DNA of 63,609 bases, the filler included, from Candidatus Omnitrophota bacterium (lineage in GTDB: Bacteria; Omnitrophota; Gorgyraeia; Zapsychrales; Zapsychraceae): the NCBI GenBank assembly GCA_015233495.1. It is 5 parts of 5 records of this genome, joined end to end, with 100 filler letters (N's around TTAATTAATTAA, not from the genome) between each part and the next. Parts side by side here need not be neighbours in the genome. Positions count along the whole stretch, not along the records: positions 28,798 to 42,027 come from JADFXQ010000049.1; positions 42,128 to 55,316 come from JADFXQ010000050.1; 3 more parts are not named here. One strand, written 5' to 3'. Position 1 is the first letter of the stretch. The number at the start of each line of letters is the position of its first letter. Below the pieces are notes generated by a model. That model searched no databases. It had not been told where the DNA came from and saw only the letters and a program-made list of their open reading frames with translations. Positions 40,091 through 49,912 of this stretch are shown in pieces. A program made the position numbers and the translations under genes.

Positions 40091-40509
40091 CGGGAAGAGG
40101 GAATTTCAGTTTTGTGGATTTTATCGAGAATGCCGTTGACGAATTTTCCGGAATCCATGTCTCCGTATTTTTTGGCCAATTCCACGGCCTCATTTATCGC
40201 CACTTTGGGAGGGATGTCTCCTTGGGTGAACAAAATTTCATACACCCCGATGCGCATCACATTGCGGTCAATCGCGGCCATGCGGTTCAACTGCCAATTT
40301 GTCGCGTACTGCATGATTTTAGCGTCAATCGCCGGCAGGTTGGCCCCCACTCCCCGAGTCAGTCCGTCGCAAAAATCTTTGATCCCGCTGTCTTTTTCTT
40401 CATTCTCGTTCCAAAAAATCTGGGTCGCGGACGCGGGATCCCGCCGGGTCATGTCCGCTTGATATAAAATTTTTAAAGCCATTTCCCGAGCTATAGTTCG
40501 TTTTCGCAT
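40087..40509 (-). CDS. nusB: Transcription antitermination factor NusB
   Basis: [40 protein letters not shown]. Confidence 0.96.
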   Translation of the reverse strand: MRKRTIAREMALKILYQADMTRRDPASATQIFWNENEEKDSGIKDFCDGLTRGVGANLPAIDAKIMQYATNWQLNRMAAIDRNVMRIGVYEILFTQGDIPPKVAINEAVELAKKYGDMDSGKFVNGILDKIHKTEIPSSR

Positions 40510-40519
40510 AGATGCGCTT

Positions 40520-41011
40520 TCATCTCTTGATTTTCAACGCTGATAAAACCTGGATCATTTCCACTGCCGCCCGCGCTGCGTCACGGCCTTTATTGATCCC
40601 TTGGGGCTGGGCGCGCTTCAGCGCCAAATCCTCCGTGTCCGTGGCCAAAACCTCAAAAATAACCGGCTTATCGGTTAGCAAACCAACGTCCATGATCCCC
40701 CGCGCCGTTTCCCAAGCAACCAATTCATAATGCAGGGTCTCCCCCCGGATCACCGCGCCCAGACAAATCACCGCGTCGATGTTTTTCTGCCGCGCCAATC
40801 GCCAGGCGACCAAAGGGATTTCAAAAGCGCCCGGCACCCAGACCACGCGGATCCGGGCCGGAGCAACGCCCAAAATCCGCAGCTCATCCAAACAAGCCTC
40901 CAAAAGATTTCGGGTGATCGCCTCGTTAAACCGCGCCACCACAATCCCGATGCGCATATTTTTATCCGCCATTAATACGGGTGTCTCTGTTTGGGTTTGC
41001 CGCACGACCAT
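40520..41011 (-). CDS. ribH: 6,7-dimethyl-8-ribityllumazine synthase
   Basis: [34 protein letters not shown]. Start placed after a GGAG RBS. Confidence 0.93.
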   Translation of the reverse strand: MVVRQTQTETPVLMADKNMRIGIVVARFNEAITRNLLEACLDELRILGVAPARIRVVWVPGAFEIPLVAWRLARQKNIDAVICLGAVIRGETLHYELVAWETARGIMDVGLLTDKPVIFEVLATDTEDLALKRAQPQGINKGRDAARAAVEMIQVLSALKIKR

Positions 41012-41111
41012 CATATACTCCAAAATAACAAAGGACAAAATTCAAAGCACAAAACCCTAACCCCGTATTTCAGTTTTACATTTTAGATTTTGAATTTTGA
41101 CCTTTGTCATT

Positions 41112-41177
41112 TTATAAAATATGCCCCATCTTTTCTTTCTTCGTCTCCAAATACTTCTTATTCTTTTCATGCGGCGG
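41112..41177 (-). pseudogene. ribA: Detached 3' tail of ribBA (GTP cyclohydrolase II C-terminus)
   Basis: Hand translation [21 protein letters not shown] matches the conserved N..YL.TK..KMGH.L ending of RibA/RibBA. It lies upstream of ribH on the same strand. Confidence 0.85.
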
Positions 41178-41403
41178 TTGGTTGGCTGACTGCGCCGTGT
41201 TCCGCGAGGGTTGCTTCCGGGATTTGGAGAAAGCGGATTTTGGCTGCATTGCTGTAAGCCGTAACGCCGAGTTTGAAAAATTTGGAACTGCCGCTGATAT
41301 CGGTTAAACTTCCTGCCAATAATCCGCCGGTGCACGATTCCGCGACCGCGATGGTTTTTTTGTGGCCAATCAATAGTTGGGCAATTTTTTGTTCTAACGT
41401 CAT
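41167..41403 (-). pseudogene. cinA: CinA/PncC family (NMN deamidase) gene, 5' half only
   Basis: [25 protein letters not shown], then a stop at about 78 aa, roughly half the usual domain. Confidence 0.85.
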
Positions 41404-41539
41404 AGGCCTCAATTATAGCGCGGGTCGAAACGCTTGACAAGGTGAAAACTTTTAGTGATACTGTTTTGATCAAGTGTTTAAGTTGGGGTAAGGGGTAGAG
41501 GATTTTTAAACCGGAAAACAAAAGCATAAGGAAAAGTCG

Positions 41540-42027
41540 ATGTTTAATACCATTGGGGAAGTTTTGCAGGATTTGCGGGAAGGCAAAATGGTCATTGTCA
41601 TGGATGATGAAGGCCGGGAAAATGAAGGCGATGTTTTATGCGCCGCGGAATTCATCACGCCGGATAAAATAAATTTTATGGCCCGCGAAGCGCGTGGCCT
41701 GATTTGTGTGCCGATGGAAGGGCCGCGTTTGGATGAATTAGACCTTCATCCGATGAAAGTGCACGTTTCGCACCGTCATCAGCCCTGCGACACCGGATGG
41801 GCGATCTCGGTGGATGCGGTACAAGGCGTGACTACCGGAATTTCCGCGGCGGACCGGGCCCAGACGGTGAAAGCGCTGATTGATCCGCAAGCCACGCCGG
41901 CGGACCTGATTACCCCGGGCCATCTTTTTCCGTTACGGGCGCGGAATGGCGGGGTATTGGTGCGCGCCGGGCATACCGAAGCTTCGGTGGATTTGATGAA
42001 ATTGGCCGGACTCTATCCGGCCGGGGT
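41540..42027 (+). CDS. ribB: DHBP synthase domain of ribBA, 3'-truncated at contig edge
   Basis: DDEGRENEGD, GLICVP, TTGISAADR, PGHLFPL, RAGHTEA. Confidence 0.93.
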
Positions 42028-42127
42028 NNNNNNNNNNNNNNNNNNNNNNNNNNNNNNNNNNNNNNNNNNNNTTAATTAATTAANNNNNNNNNNNNNNNNN
42101 NNNNNNNNNNNNNNNNNNNNNNNNNNN
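42028..42127. other. Artificial contig spacer
   Basis: N run with TTAATTAATTAA. Confidence 0.97.
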
Positions 42128-42422
42128 GTGACCTCCGCAAAAGTTGAATCACCACACAAGCAGAAATGGACGCCCCAACCCGGTCAACCCTGCCCCGGAC
42201 AAGGCCAATTAGCAAAAGGGTAACATAACTATTGTTTAAATGTCAATAAAAATTATATTAACGGACAGCCATTACAACTCAAATGTAAATTTTGGTAATA
42301 GGTCAGAAAACGCAAGAGAAGCTTCCCTTACGTGTTCTGAGCTATTACTTTCTATGCGCTTCAACCCCGTCACTGAATGAGATTTACATTGAATCAGGTT
42401 CTTTCCCAGCTATAATTAAAAA

Positions 42423-44597
42423 ATGCATTCGGACAAACGCTTCCCAACTTGGCGGCAGTTTCCTGCCGCGACCTGGCTCTTCCTGGCGGCCATATCCGGC
42501 TGGTGCGTGATTTTTTGGCCGCTCATCACTGGCCAAAAACCTCCGATTATCGACGCCGCTCCCTATTATGGCCATGTGCAATTTTTATTAGACAATTTAA
42601 AACAAGGGATTTATCCTCTCTGGGTCCCCGGGTTAAGTCATGGCGCGCCCAGTGAATTGATCCTGCGGCGGATTGGCGAATTCAATCCGCTCTACGCGTT
42701 GACGCTCTTGCTCAATGTTTGCGGACTGCCAGCGCTCGCCGCGTACACCGTTTCGCTGTCCGCGTACTTTTTGTTTGGCTGTTGGGGATTTTATTTGCTC
42801 GCCGGGCGGATTTTAAAAAATTTCCCGGCAGCGTTTTGCGCTTTTGCTTTGTATCTTTTCTCCTCGGCGGGGACGCAATTGTTTGTCACCTTTGTCAACC
42901 TGGTCACCATACCCTTGATTTGGTTTTTCTATTTTCTGGTAAGCTGGAATCAGGATTACAAAAGACATCAATTCCTCGGACTCAGCTTAAGCTTGCTGAT
43001 CATCTTCACAACGTATTTGCCTTTTCACAGCCTGACCATTATCGCGGTATTCGGCCTCCTCTATTTATTATTCTACGGCCGCTGTTTGCCGCGTCTGCTG
43101 CGGGAACAAAGCCGCTTCAGCCGCAAAAACCTCCTGCTGTGCGCGCTCTGCGGCGTCATGGTTTTTGCCTCCTTAGGGCCCGGTTATCTTTTTTGGAAAA
43201 GCGGCAAAGAAAAAAGCATTGAACTGGCCGGCCGGCACGCCAAATTTCAATCCGATAACAGCGTCGCCATCCAAACCCAATCCGCGGAACAAGGCGTTTT
43301 ACTGCCGTCGATCTGTTATTATCTTTTTGGCCGGTCTACGGAAATTGAGCCCAATATGTTGTTTATGTTTGTGCCCTATCTGGCGGTCCTGCTGCTGCCG
43401 CTCAGTTTGGTTTTGCGTCCGCGGCGCCTTTTTTTACTTTTAATCACCTGGTTTTGGATCATTTTTCTCATTGGTCAAAACGATGGCACGCCGATTTACC
43501 CGTTTCTCTATAAGCATATCCCCGGCTTTGCCTATTTTCGCAACGCTTTTTTTTACGCCTGGTTTTTGCTGCTGCCGCTGTTCATTTTATACGCCGCGCT
43601 TATTTTTAAATATATTAACCGCTGTCTGCGTTTAACCCGGCATCCCGTTTTTTGGCTGGCGGGTCTTTTGCTGACCCACGGGGGACTGTTGTATTTGCTT
43701 TTCTCGCGTCATCACGATATCCCCGCGTCTTACGCGGCCGTCATTGTCAGTTTTTTATGCGGCGCGGCTTTGTGCTTAAAAATCGCCCGCCCCGATCCTA
43801 AAATCACCGGCGCCGCGATTTTATTCATCGTCTGGCTGCAAGCCGCCGGCGTTTACGCTCTCTATAATAAAAATTTTGAAAATTCGCGCAGTTATAAATC
43901 TTATACCACCCCGGTCCGCGATTTTTCTTTTGCCGAAAAAAAACCGGCAATCACCGGGCCGGATATCCGCCGGAATATTCCGTATTACAGCACCGGTTGG
44001 ATTTTATTTTTATATCAAAACCTGCGCTCTAGCGACGCGTTTAACCATTATCTATCCAAACGTTTGCTTTTGGTCGACAAACTCATCCCGCTTTCGGAAA
44101 CTTCCGCGGGTCTCACCTGCGTCGAAGACAGTTGGCAGAAAAATTTAAACCAGGCCTTTATTCCGGCGGACGATCCCGGACCGTACAGCTCTTGGGATTT
44201 CCATCCCGGCGGCCAAGCCGATATTATTTTGGAAGGCGATCCCCGCTTGACCTTAAGGTCCTACAACGCCAATGCCATCAGCTTTCAAACCCGGCTGACC
44301 ATCCCGCGCTTTCTGGTTTACAATGACCCGTATCATCCAGATTGGACCGCGTCGATAAATAACCGCCCGGCTCGGATCATCCGGACCAACATCGCTTTCA
44401 AAGGTTTATGGCTGCCGGCGGGCGCCAGCTTAGTCACAATGCGTTTTGGAAATCCTTGGCGTTACGCGATCGGCTATTTTATATTCTTTGCCGCTTACGG
44501 CAGTTTCTTGCTGATCCTCTATTGGGCCTGGCGAGACCGGTTTTTTTCTTCCGCCCAACGCGGTTTGAACACAAGGGAAACCCAATGCGAAAATTAA
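42423..44597 (+). CDS. YfhO-like multi-TM membrane protein (GT-C-like)
   Basis: Many TM helices, N-terminal G.YPLW.P...GAP, C-terminal LVYNDPYHPDWTASIN...RTNIAFKGLWLPAG. Confidence 0.75.
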   Translation: MHSDKRFPTWRQFPAATWLFLAAISGWCVIFWPLITGQKPPIIDAAPYYGHVQFLLDNLKQGIYPLWVPGLSHGAPSELILRRIGEFNPLYALTLLLNVCGLPALAAYTVSLSAYFLFGCWGFYLLAGRILKNFPAAFCAFALYLFSSAGTQLFVTFVNLVTIPLIWFFYFLVSWNQDYKRHQFLGLSLSLLIIFTTYLPFHSLTIIAVFGLLYLLFYGRCLPRLLREQSRFSRKNLLLCALCGVMVFASLGPGYLFWKSGKEKSIELAGRHAKFQSDNSVAIQTQSAEQGVLLPSICYYLFGRSTEIEPNMLFMFVPYLAVLLLPLSLVLRPRRLFLLLITWFWIIFLIGQNDGTPIYPFLYKHIPGFAYFRNAFFYAWFLLLPLFILYAALIFKYINRCLRLTRHPVFWLAGLLLTHGGLLYLLFSRHHDIPASYAAVIVSFLCGAALCLKIARPDPKITGAAILFIVWLQAAGVYALYNKNFENSRSYKSYTTPVRDFSFAEKKPAITGPDIRRNIPYYSTGWILFLYQNLRSSDAFNHYLSKRLLLVDKLIPLSETSAGLTCVEDSWQKNLNQAFIPADDPGPYSSWDFHPGGQADIILEGDPRLTLRSYNANAISFQTRLTIPRFLVYNDPYHPDWTASINNRPARIIRTNIAFKGLWLPAGASLVTMRFGNPWRYAIGYFIFFAAYGSFLLILYWAWRDRFFSSAQRGLNTRETQCEN

Positions 44598-45496
44598 AAC
44601 CCGCTCTGCATTTTTTTGGCCTCCGTTTATTCTGGGTCTATCTTCTGCTCGGCGCGATCTCTTGGCGGGTCATGGACCGCGCCATGATCAACGATTGTTT
44701 TCAACTCAAATTGCTCAATGATTTGCTCCCCAAAACTTATGCCCCCCTCGCGGATTTGGCCGCGGGAAAAACCATACCCCCGCGCGAACTGGAAAATTTT
44801 TTCCGCTATTTTGAACGCTTAACCATCTCTTATCCAAAAATGGCCGAAGGTTACGGACTTTTGGGATTTTGCCAATATTATCGCGGCAAGCTGGATGACG
44901 CGGTAAATAATTACGACCGCGCCATGGCCATCAATCAAAACTTCTTCTGGTTTCCCTTTAACCGCGGCGTCATTGATTTTCGCCAAAAAAAATACGTCGA
45001 TGCTGTCCGCTCCCTGCAAAACGCGATCCTCTCCAACCCCAAAGTCGTTTTCGCGGCCGTCAAATCTTCTCCCCGCGTTTATGCCCGCGTATTCTTGGGA
45101 AACCCCTATTACAATCAAGATTTATTTGCTCAATATCAGGAAGGATTGCGCGCCGCCTATTGCCTGCTGGTGGAAAGTCTTTTTCGATTGCGACGCTATG
45201 ATGAGGCCATGCGCTATTGCGTAGAAGCCATCGAAAACAATTTAAATGAAAATTCTTATTTCACTTACCGCGCCGGTCTATCCGCTTTTTATTCGCAGAA
45301 TTATCCCGCGGCCGCCGTGTTTTTAAAAAAACATTTAGATAAAACCAGCGACCCCGGCGCGATGCGTTATTTCGGCTTAGCCTTGCGAGAAATTGGGCAG
45401 GTCCAAACCGCGGACTTAATCCTGAACGCGGCGCCGGTTGCGGCGGTCAGCCCCTTGGACAAAGTCGCAGATCAGATTCAATTGCAGCCATATTAA
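44585..45496 (+). CDS. Membrane-anchored TPR protein
   Basis: Start at MRKLKP, overlapping the upstream stop. N-terminal TM and TPR-like helices (GYGLLGFCQYYRG..DDAV..Y.RA). Confidence 0.75.
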   Translation: MRKLKPALHFFGLRLFWVYLLLGAISWRVMDRAMINDCFQLKLLNDLLPKTYAPLADLAAGKTIPPRELENFFRYFERLTISYPKMAEGYGLLGFCQYYRGKLDDAVNNYDRAMAINQNFFWFPFNRGVIDFRQKKYVDAVRSLQNAILSNPKVVFAAVKSSPRVYARVFLGNPYYNQDLFAQYQEGLRAAYCLLVESLFRLRRYDEAMRYCVEAIENNLNENSYFTYRAGLSAFYSQNYPAAAVFLKKHLDKTSDPGAMRYFGLALREIGQVQTADLILNAAPVAAVSPLDKVADQIQLQPY

Positions 45497-45505
45497 ATCC
45501 CGGCT

Positions 45506-46051
45506 TTATTTTTTCTTGGTGTCCCATTTATTGAGGATTTGAGAAATCTTGTCGTGCACCTTGTCTTTCATCTCGGTGTCCATCAAAAGTTCGTCAATAA
45601 TCGCCTGGTGCTCTTCCGCCATTTGAATAATATCCCGCTGTAATTCAATAGTTTTCAACTCCATGCGCCTCTTTTCCACCGCGTGCGCCAGCGGGATCAT
45701 AATCCGGTCTTTGTCGTCGATCGGCTTAAGGATATAATCAAACGCGCCCAGCTTTACCGCTTCCTGACAGGTATCCAGAGTACCGTAGCCCGTCAAAAAT
45801 ATGAGGGGTATAGTCAACCCTTTCTCGCTCAAATAACTCAAAACCGACATCCCGGATTCACCTGGCATTTTCATGTCGCTGGTAATTACCTCAATTTCGT
45901 CGTGCGCCTCCAGCACCTTGATCGCGTTTTTCACGCAGTCGGCCCGCTGAACCGTGTAGCCGCAGGCCTCCATCAATTCGCCCAGCGATTCCCGGATCGC
46001 TTCATCATCGTCAACTAAAAGAACATGGCCGGCTGTTTCTTCTTTTGCCAT
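45506..46051 (-). CDS. Response regulator (REC plus coiled coil)
   Basis: VLLVDDD, SDMKMP, FLTG, YILKP. Confidence 0.9.
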   Translation of the reverse strand: MAKEETAGHVLLVDDDEAIRESLGELMEACGYTVQRADCVKNAIKVLEAHDEIEVITSDMKMPGESGMSVLSYLSEKGLTIPLIFLTGYGTLDTCQEAVKLGAFDYILKPIDDKDRIMIPLAHAVEKRRMELKTIELQRDIIQMAEEHQAIIDELLMDTEMKDKVHDKISQILNKWDTKKK

Positions 46052-46108
46052 AAAAACCCCCTTTAATAGTATCCTTAAATAGTTTCGTGCAATTCCGGCG
46101 CCCGCTTA

Positions 46109-46765
46109 TTACCTATTGATCTCGATCATTCCGGTGTCCCCGACATATTCCGCTTCCTTCACCGATCCCAGCATCTTGATTTGTTTCAAAATTTCTTTAA
46201 TCTTATCCAGCTCGGTTTTGATGCTCTTGACTTTTCCCAGACTGACCGGGTCGTTTTTCAGTTTGTTTTCCAAAATAGTTAAGCAGGTGTACACCACCAT
46301 CAGCGGCTGGTTCATGTTATGATTATAGGTGACGACAATATTCTTAAGCGTGCGCAGCCGGTCAACTTCCAAGCGCGCGTTTTCCGCGTCCTTAGTCTTC
46401 AAATGCGCTTTCACCCGGGCGACCACTTCTTCCGGCGTGATCGGCTTGGTCACAAAATCAACCGCGCCGACGCTAAACCCTTTCACTTTATCTTCAATCG
46501 AAGTAAACGCCGTAATCAAAATCACCGGAATCGCCTGGGTTTCCGAGTCCATTTTCATCCGCTGGCAAACCTCGAACCCATCCATATCCGGCATCTGCAC
46601 ATCGAGCAAAACAATGTCCGGCCTTTCCCGGGCGATCATTTCCAAAGCGGTTTTCCCGTCCGCGGCTTCGGTGATTTGATAACTTCCCTGGGCCGTCCGC
46701 AAAGTCTCTTTCAACAATTCACGGTTTACTTCCGTATCATCGACAATCAGAATTTTTTTCAGCAT
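46109..46765 (-). CDS. Response regulator with a HisKA-like tail
   Basis: ILIVDD, LLDVQMP, ITA, VTKP, followed by TYNHNMNQPL. Confidence 0.9.
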   Translation of the reverse strand: MLKKILIVDDTEVNRELLKETLRTAQGSYQITEAADGKTALEMIARERPDIVLLDVQMPDMDGFEVCQRMKMDSETQAIPVILITAFTSIEDKVKGFSVGAVDFVTKPITPEEVVARVKAHLKTKDAENARLEVDRLRTLKNIVVTYNHNMNQPLMVVYTCLTILENKLKNDPVSLGKVKSIKTELDKIKEILKQIKMLGSVKEAEYVGDTGMIEINR

Positions 46766-46789
46766 AATCCGCCTTTTCCCTAACGCGCC

Positions 46790-47800
46790 TCATCCCAGCA
46801 AGGCGAAGTTTTCTTTGGTTTTAACTTCGATCCAACGCAGTTTCCCGCGTTGTTCCTCCAAGCGCCGCCGGGTTTCCGCCGCGGCCATGACTTGTCCGTT
46901 CAGCGCAGATTCGACAGCCGCGATATCCGACTCCCATTTGCGGTTCAAATTGTCTTTTTCCTGCAAGGCCGCTTCGAGAGTCTTTTTGGCTTCGCTCATT
47001 TCCGTTTTCAGCGTTTCCGATTCGCGCTCGGCATTTTCCGAATTTTTTTGCGCGGCTTCCAATTGTTCCACATTCGCGCGCAGGTCTTGAATCTTTTTTT
47101 CCAGCGCCTGAATTTCTTCGGTTTTTTGCTGGGTCTTCGCGGTCTGGTCTTTGAGCCGCGCCTGAGCCGCAACCAACTCCTGATCTTTTTGCCGCAAGGC
47201 CTCTTCCTTTTCCTCCAGCCCTTTTTCCGCGTCCGCGGTTTGACTATTGATTTTTTCTAACTGTGCCGCCAGTTCTTGCCGCAACCGGGCCGTTTCCTCC
47301 TGCGCAGCTTTATTATTTTCTTCCGCTGACTTCAAAACGAGATCTTTTTCTTTTAGCGACTGGTCTTTTTCTGCGATAAGTTTACTCCAGGCCTCCTCTT
47401 GAGAGGCGGATACCGAAGCTCCCGCCAATTTTTCCGTTAACCCGGCGTTTTCTTTTTGCAGCAAGGCCGCCTGGTCTGACAACTGTTTGACTTGCGCGGA
47501 TAGCGCGTTATCTTTGTCGATCTGCCCGGTTAATTCCGCGCGCAACCGGGCAGTCTCCTCCCGGGCTTCCTTAAATTTTAAGCCGGCGTCGCGCAAATCC
47601 GCCTCTTTTTCCCGCTGCGCATCCGAGAGTTCCTGGGTGCTGATTTGCCCTGCGGCTGGGGCGGCGGTCGCCCGGCTCAATCGATTGACCTCTTGGGTCA
47701 GACAGGCGATTTCCTTTTCCTGGCCGATAATAATCATCACCACAAAGGCGCAGCATCCCCCCACGGCCAGAACAAAAATAATAAAAATTCCCATATCCAT
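46790..47800 (-). CDS. TM-anchored long coiled-coil protein
   Basis: N-terminal hydrophobic helix, about 300 aa of E/K/Q/A heptads, internal repeat EETARLR.EL..Q..K.N. Confidence 0.8.
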   Translation of the reverse strand: MDMGIFIIFVLAVGGCCAFVVMIIIGQEKEIACLTQEVNRLSRATAAPAAGQISTQELSDAQREKEADLRDAGLKFKEAREETARLRAELTGQIDKDNALSAQVKQLSDQAALLQKENAGLTEKLAGASVSASQEEAWSKLIAEKDQSLKEKDLVLKSAEENNKAAQEETARLRQELAAQLEKINSQTADAEKGLEEKEEALRQKDQELVAAQARLKDQTAKTQQKTEEIQALEKKIQDLRANVEQLEAAQKNSENAERESETLKTEMSEAKKTLEAALQEKDNLNRKWESDIAAVESALNGQVMAAAETRRRLEEQRGKLRWIEVKTKENFALLG

Positions 47801-47820
47801 AACGATCCTTGCGCCATCCG

Positions 47821-48405
47821 TTACGTTTTGTTTTTCATCGCCCGCATTTTACGCAATTTTTCCAAATTCTTGTCAATGCCCTTGGTCTCTTTTTCATCAA
47901 CGCCAACCTGATCGATATTGCTTTGCACTTCCTGATATTTATAAAGCGCCGAGAGGTCAACCAGCTCCGCGTCCGCAGCTTGCTTAATCTCATGCAGCCG
48001 CAAACCCCGCATCTCGACGGGCAAAGATTTCAGTTCGGGCATCAAGCCCATCAAACGGTCGGAAAACTTATCACCCAGGGCGTCCAAAAGACCCTGCAAT
48101 AATTTTTCCAATTGCGCGGTCGGGTCCGTGGCTAAAACAACTGGCGGCGGAATTTCGGGCGGCGGGACGACCGGTAACGGGGCTGGCGCGGCAGCCGGCT
48201 CCCGATTTTCAACCCGCCGACCGTCGAGGAATTCTTTGAGTCTAGCCTGAAAACGGTCCTGTTCGGCAAGCGATTGGCTTAAATCCCGTTCCAGCAACAA
48301 AAGCTGTTCATTCAATTCGGCTTGCGTCCGCGTGACCGCGCTGACCTTTTCCTGCAAATTTTCCAGAATGTTTGAACTCAAACTGACCTCCTTAACACCG
48401 ATCAA
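47821..48405 (-). CDS. Coiled-coil protein with Pro-rich hinge
   Basis: Heptad N-terminus, PAPLPVVPPPEIPPP linker, C-terminal NLEKLRKMR. Confidence 0.75.
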   Translation of the reverse strand: MIGVKEVSLSSNILENLQEKVSAVTRTQAELNEQLLLLERDLSQSLAEQDRFQARLKEFLDGRRVENREPAAAPAPLPVVPPPEIPPPVVLATDPTAQLEKLLQGLLDALGDKFSDRLMGLMPELKSLPVEMRGLRLHEIKQAADAELVDLSALYKYQEVQSNIDQVGVDEKETKGIDKNLEKLRKMRAMKNKT

Positions 48406-48447
48406 AACTCCAAACTTCCGCGTTTCCCGGAAGCGCGCAGGTCGGGT

Positions 48448-49807
48448 CTACCCGTCCTGGGAATTGATCGCGTGAAACAAACAGCCGCGAGTGACGCTCG
48501 TAAACGGCTCGTCGGATTTCTTCACGTTCCCGATCTTCAATCCGAGCCGCACATTCTGCATTTCTTCTTTTACGACCTCCAAAAACCCGCCGACCAGCGA
48601 AGATCCGCCGGCAAAAACAATGTCCACCGGGTCCCTGAACTGCGGGGTCTCCTTGCGGTTGCCAAAGACCCNNNNNNNNNNNNNNNNNNNNNNNNNNNNN
48701 NNNNNNNNNNNNNNNNNNNNNNNNNNNNNNNNNNNNNNNNNNNNNNNNNNNNNNNNNNNNNNNNNNNNNNNNNNNNNNNNNNNNNNNNNNNNNNNNNNNN
48801 NNNNNNNNNNNNNNNNNNNNNNNNNNNNNNNNNNNNNNNNNNNNNNNNNNNNGCACCGAGCGGTACGCGGCGCAAATATTTACCATTCCCCCGCCGCAAG
48901 ACACGCCGATGCCGGTAAAATCCGCATATTCCAATTCCGAGAGCACCACCGCGTATCCCTCGTCGATAATAATCGGCTCAAAACCCAAAGTCCTTAAAAT
49001 CCCTTCGAAAACGCCGCGGTGATAAATCGTGTCCTGGTCCCGGTCAATCGGTTTGGCCGGGATCGAGAAACAGCAGACTTCGCCTTTTTGGCGCGGCTCC
49101 CATAAAATATTTTGCACGATCAATTTAATGATCGGAATCGATTCGGCTTCCGACGGGTTGAGGATGCCCATGCTCATCGAACGCTGGACTTCGCGGTTAA
49201 AAATATTGGCGAGGTTCAAGGCGAGATTGCCGAGGACGTACATACTGCTGCCTAAAGACGCGTATTTGATCCGCAATTTTTCGAGCAGTTCTTTGGTCGG
49301 CTGATCAGCCCGAACGGAAATAAACGCGTTGCGTTCCGTTTTGACAAAAACCTTGCTGCCCTCGATCTCCCGCGACGCCACTAAATACGCGGTGCCCAGA
49401 TCCAATCCGACGCCCAGACGTTCCGGAGCTTTTTCCGCTTCGGGTTCGCCGGATTGCGGCAAACTGATCGTGGTAGTTTTTTCTTCCGACTGTTGCGGCG
49501 CCAAAGCGGCGTCATCCGGAATAATTTGTTCCGGCGCTGCTTCGATGATCGTTTCTTTCGCGACCGCGATGGTTTCCGGAGCTAATTTACGGCGCAGATA
49601 TTGATTGATGACTTTCAGCTTGTCCCGCATTTGCTCTAAAGACACATCCTTCATGGCTTCGGCAGAATATTTTTCGGTTTTCGCGGTTTTGGTTTTCGCG
49701 AAACGGCTGAGCGGGGAAGATAAATTTCTGACCTTGCGGTTCAGAGTATGCAACCGGGATTTTACGTCTTCCAGGTCTTGCAGCATTTGTGGTTGAGCTC
49801 GGACCAT
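48448..49807 (-). CDS. Actin-like ATPase (Mad28-like) with N-terminal extension, interrupted by an assembly gap
   Basis: GLDLGT, DEGYAVV, GVSCGGGMVN. After the gap the paralog-matching frame reads PQFRDPVDIVFAGGSSLVGGF...RGCLFHAINSQDG* with the stop at 48448. The track's C-terminus is in the wrong frame. Confidence 0.85.
48672..48852. other. Scaffolding gap inside the actin-like gene
   Basis: N run without the TTAATTAATTAA linker. Confidence 0.9.
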
Positions 49808-49850
49808 AATAAACCGTAAACAGAATTAAGGTAGATTCAAAATAGGCTTA

Positions 49851-49907
49851 CAAAATAACCCCGCCAGCGATTGGGATGACCCAGGCATCACAATCTGGCG
49901 GGGTTAT
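49851..49907 (-). terminator. Stem-loop between the two actin-like genes
   Basis: ataaccccgccag ... ctggcggggttat inverted repeat with a short U-run on the minus strand. Confidence 0.55.
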
Positions 49908-49912
49908 CATGG

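Noticed and set aside
41057..41527. 156-aa minus-strand ORF across the cinA region
   Set aside because: It is an alternative frame over the cinA fragment and ribA tail, each of which has clear family motifs in other frames.
48392..48671. Track C-terminus GLWQPQGDPAV... of the actin-like ORF, or a real frameshift
   Set aside because: The N-gap length is an estimate. Another frame after the gap matches the paralog and stops at 48448.
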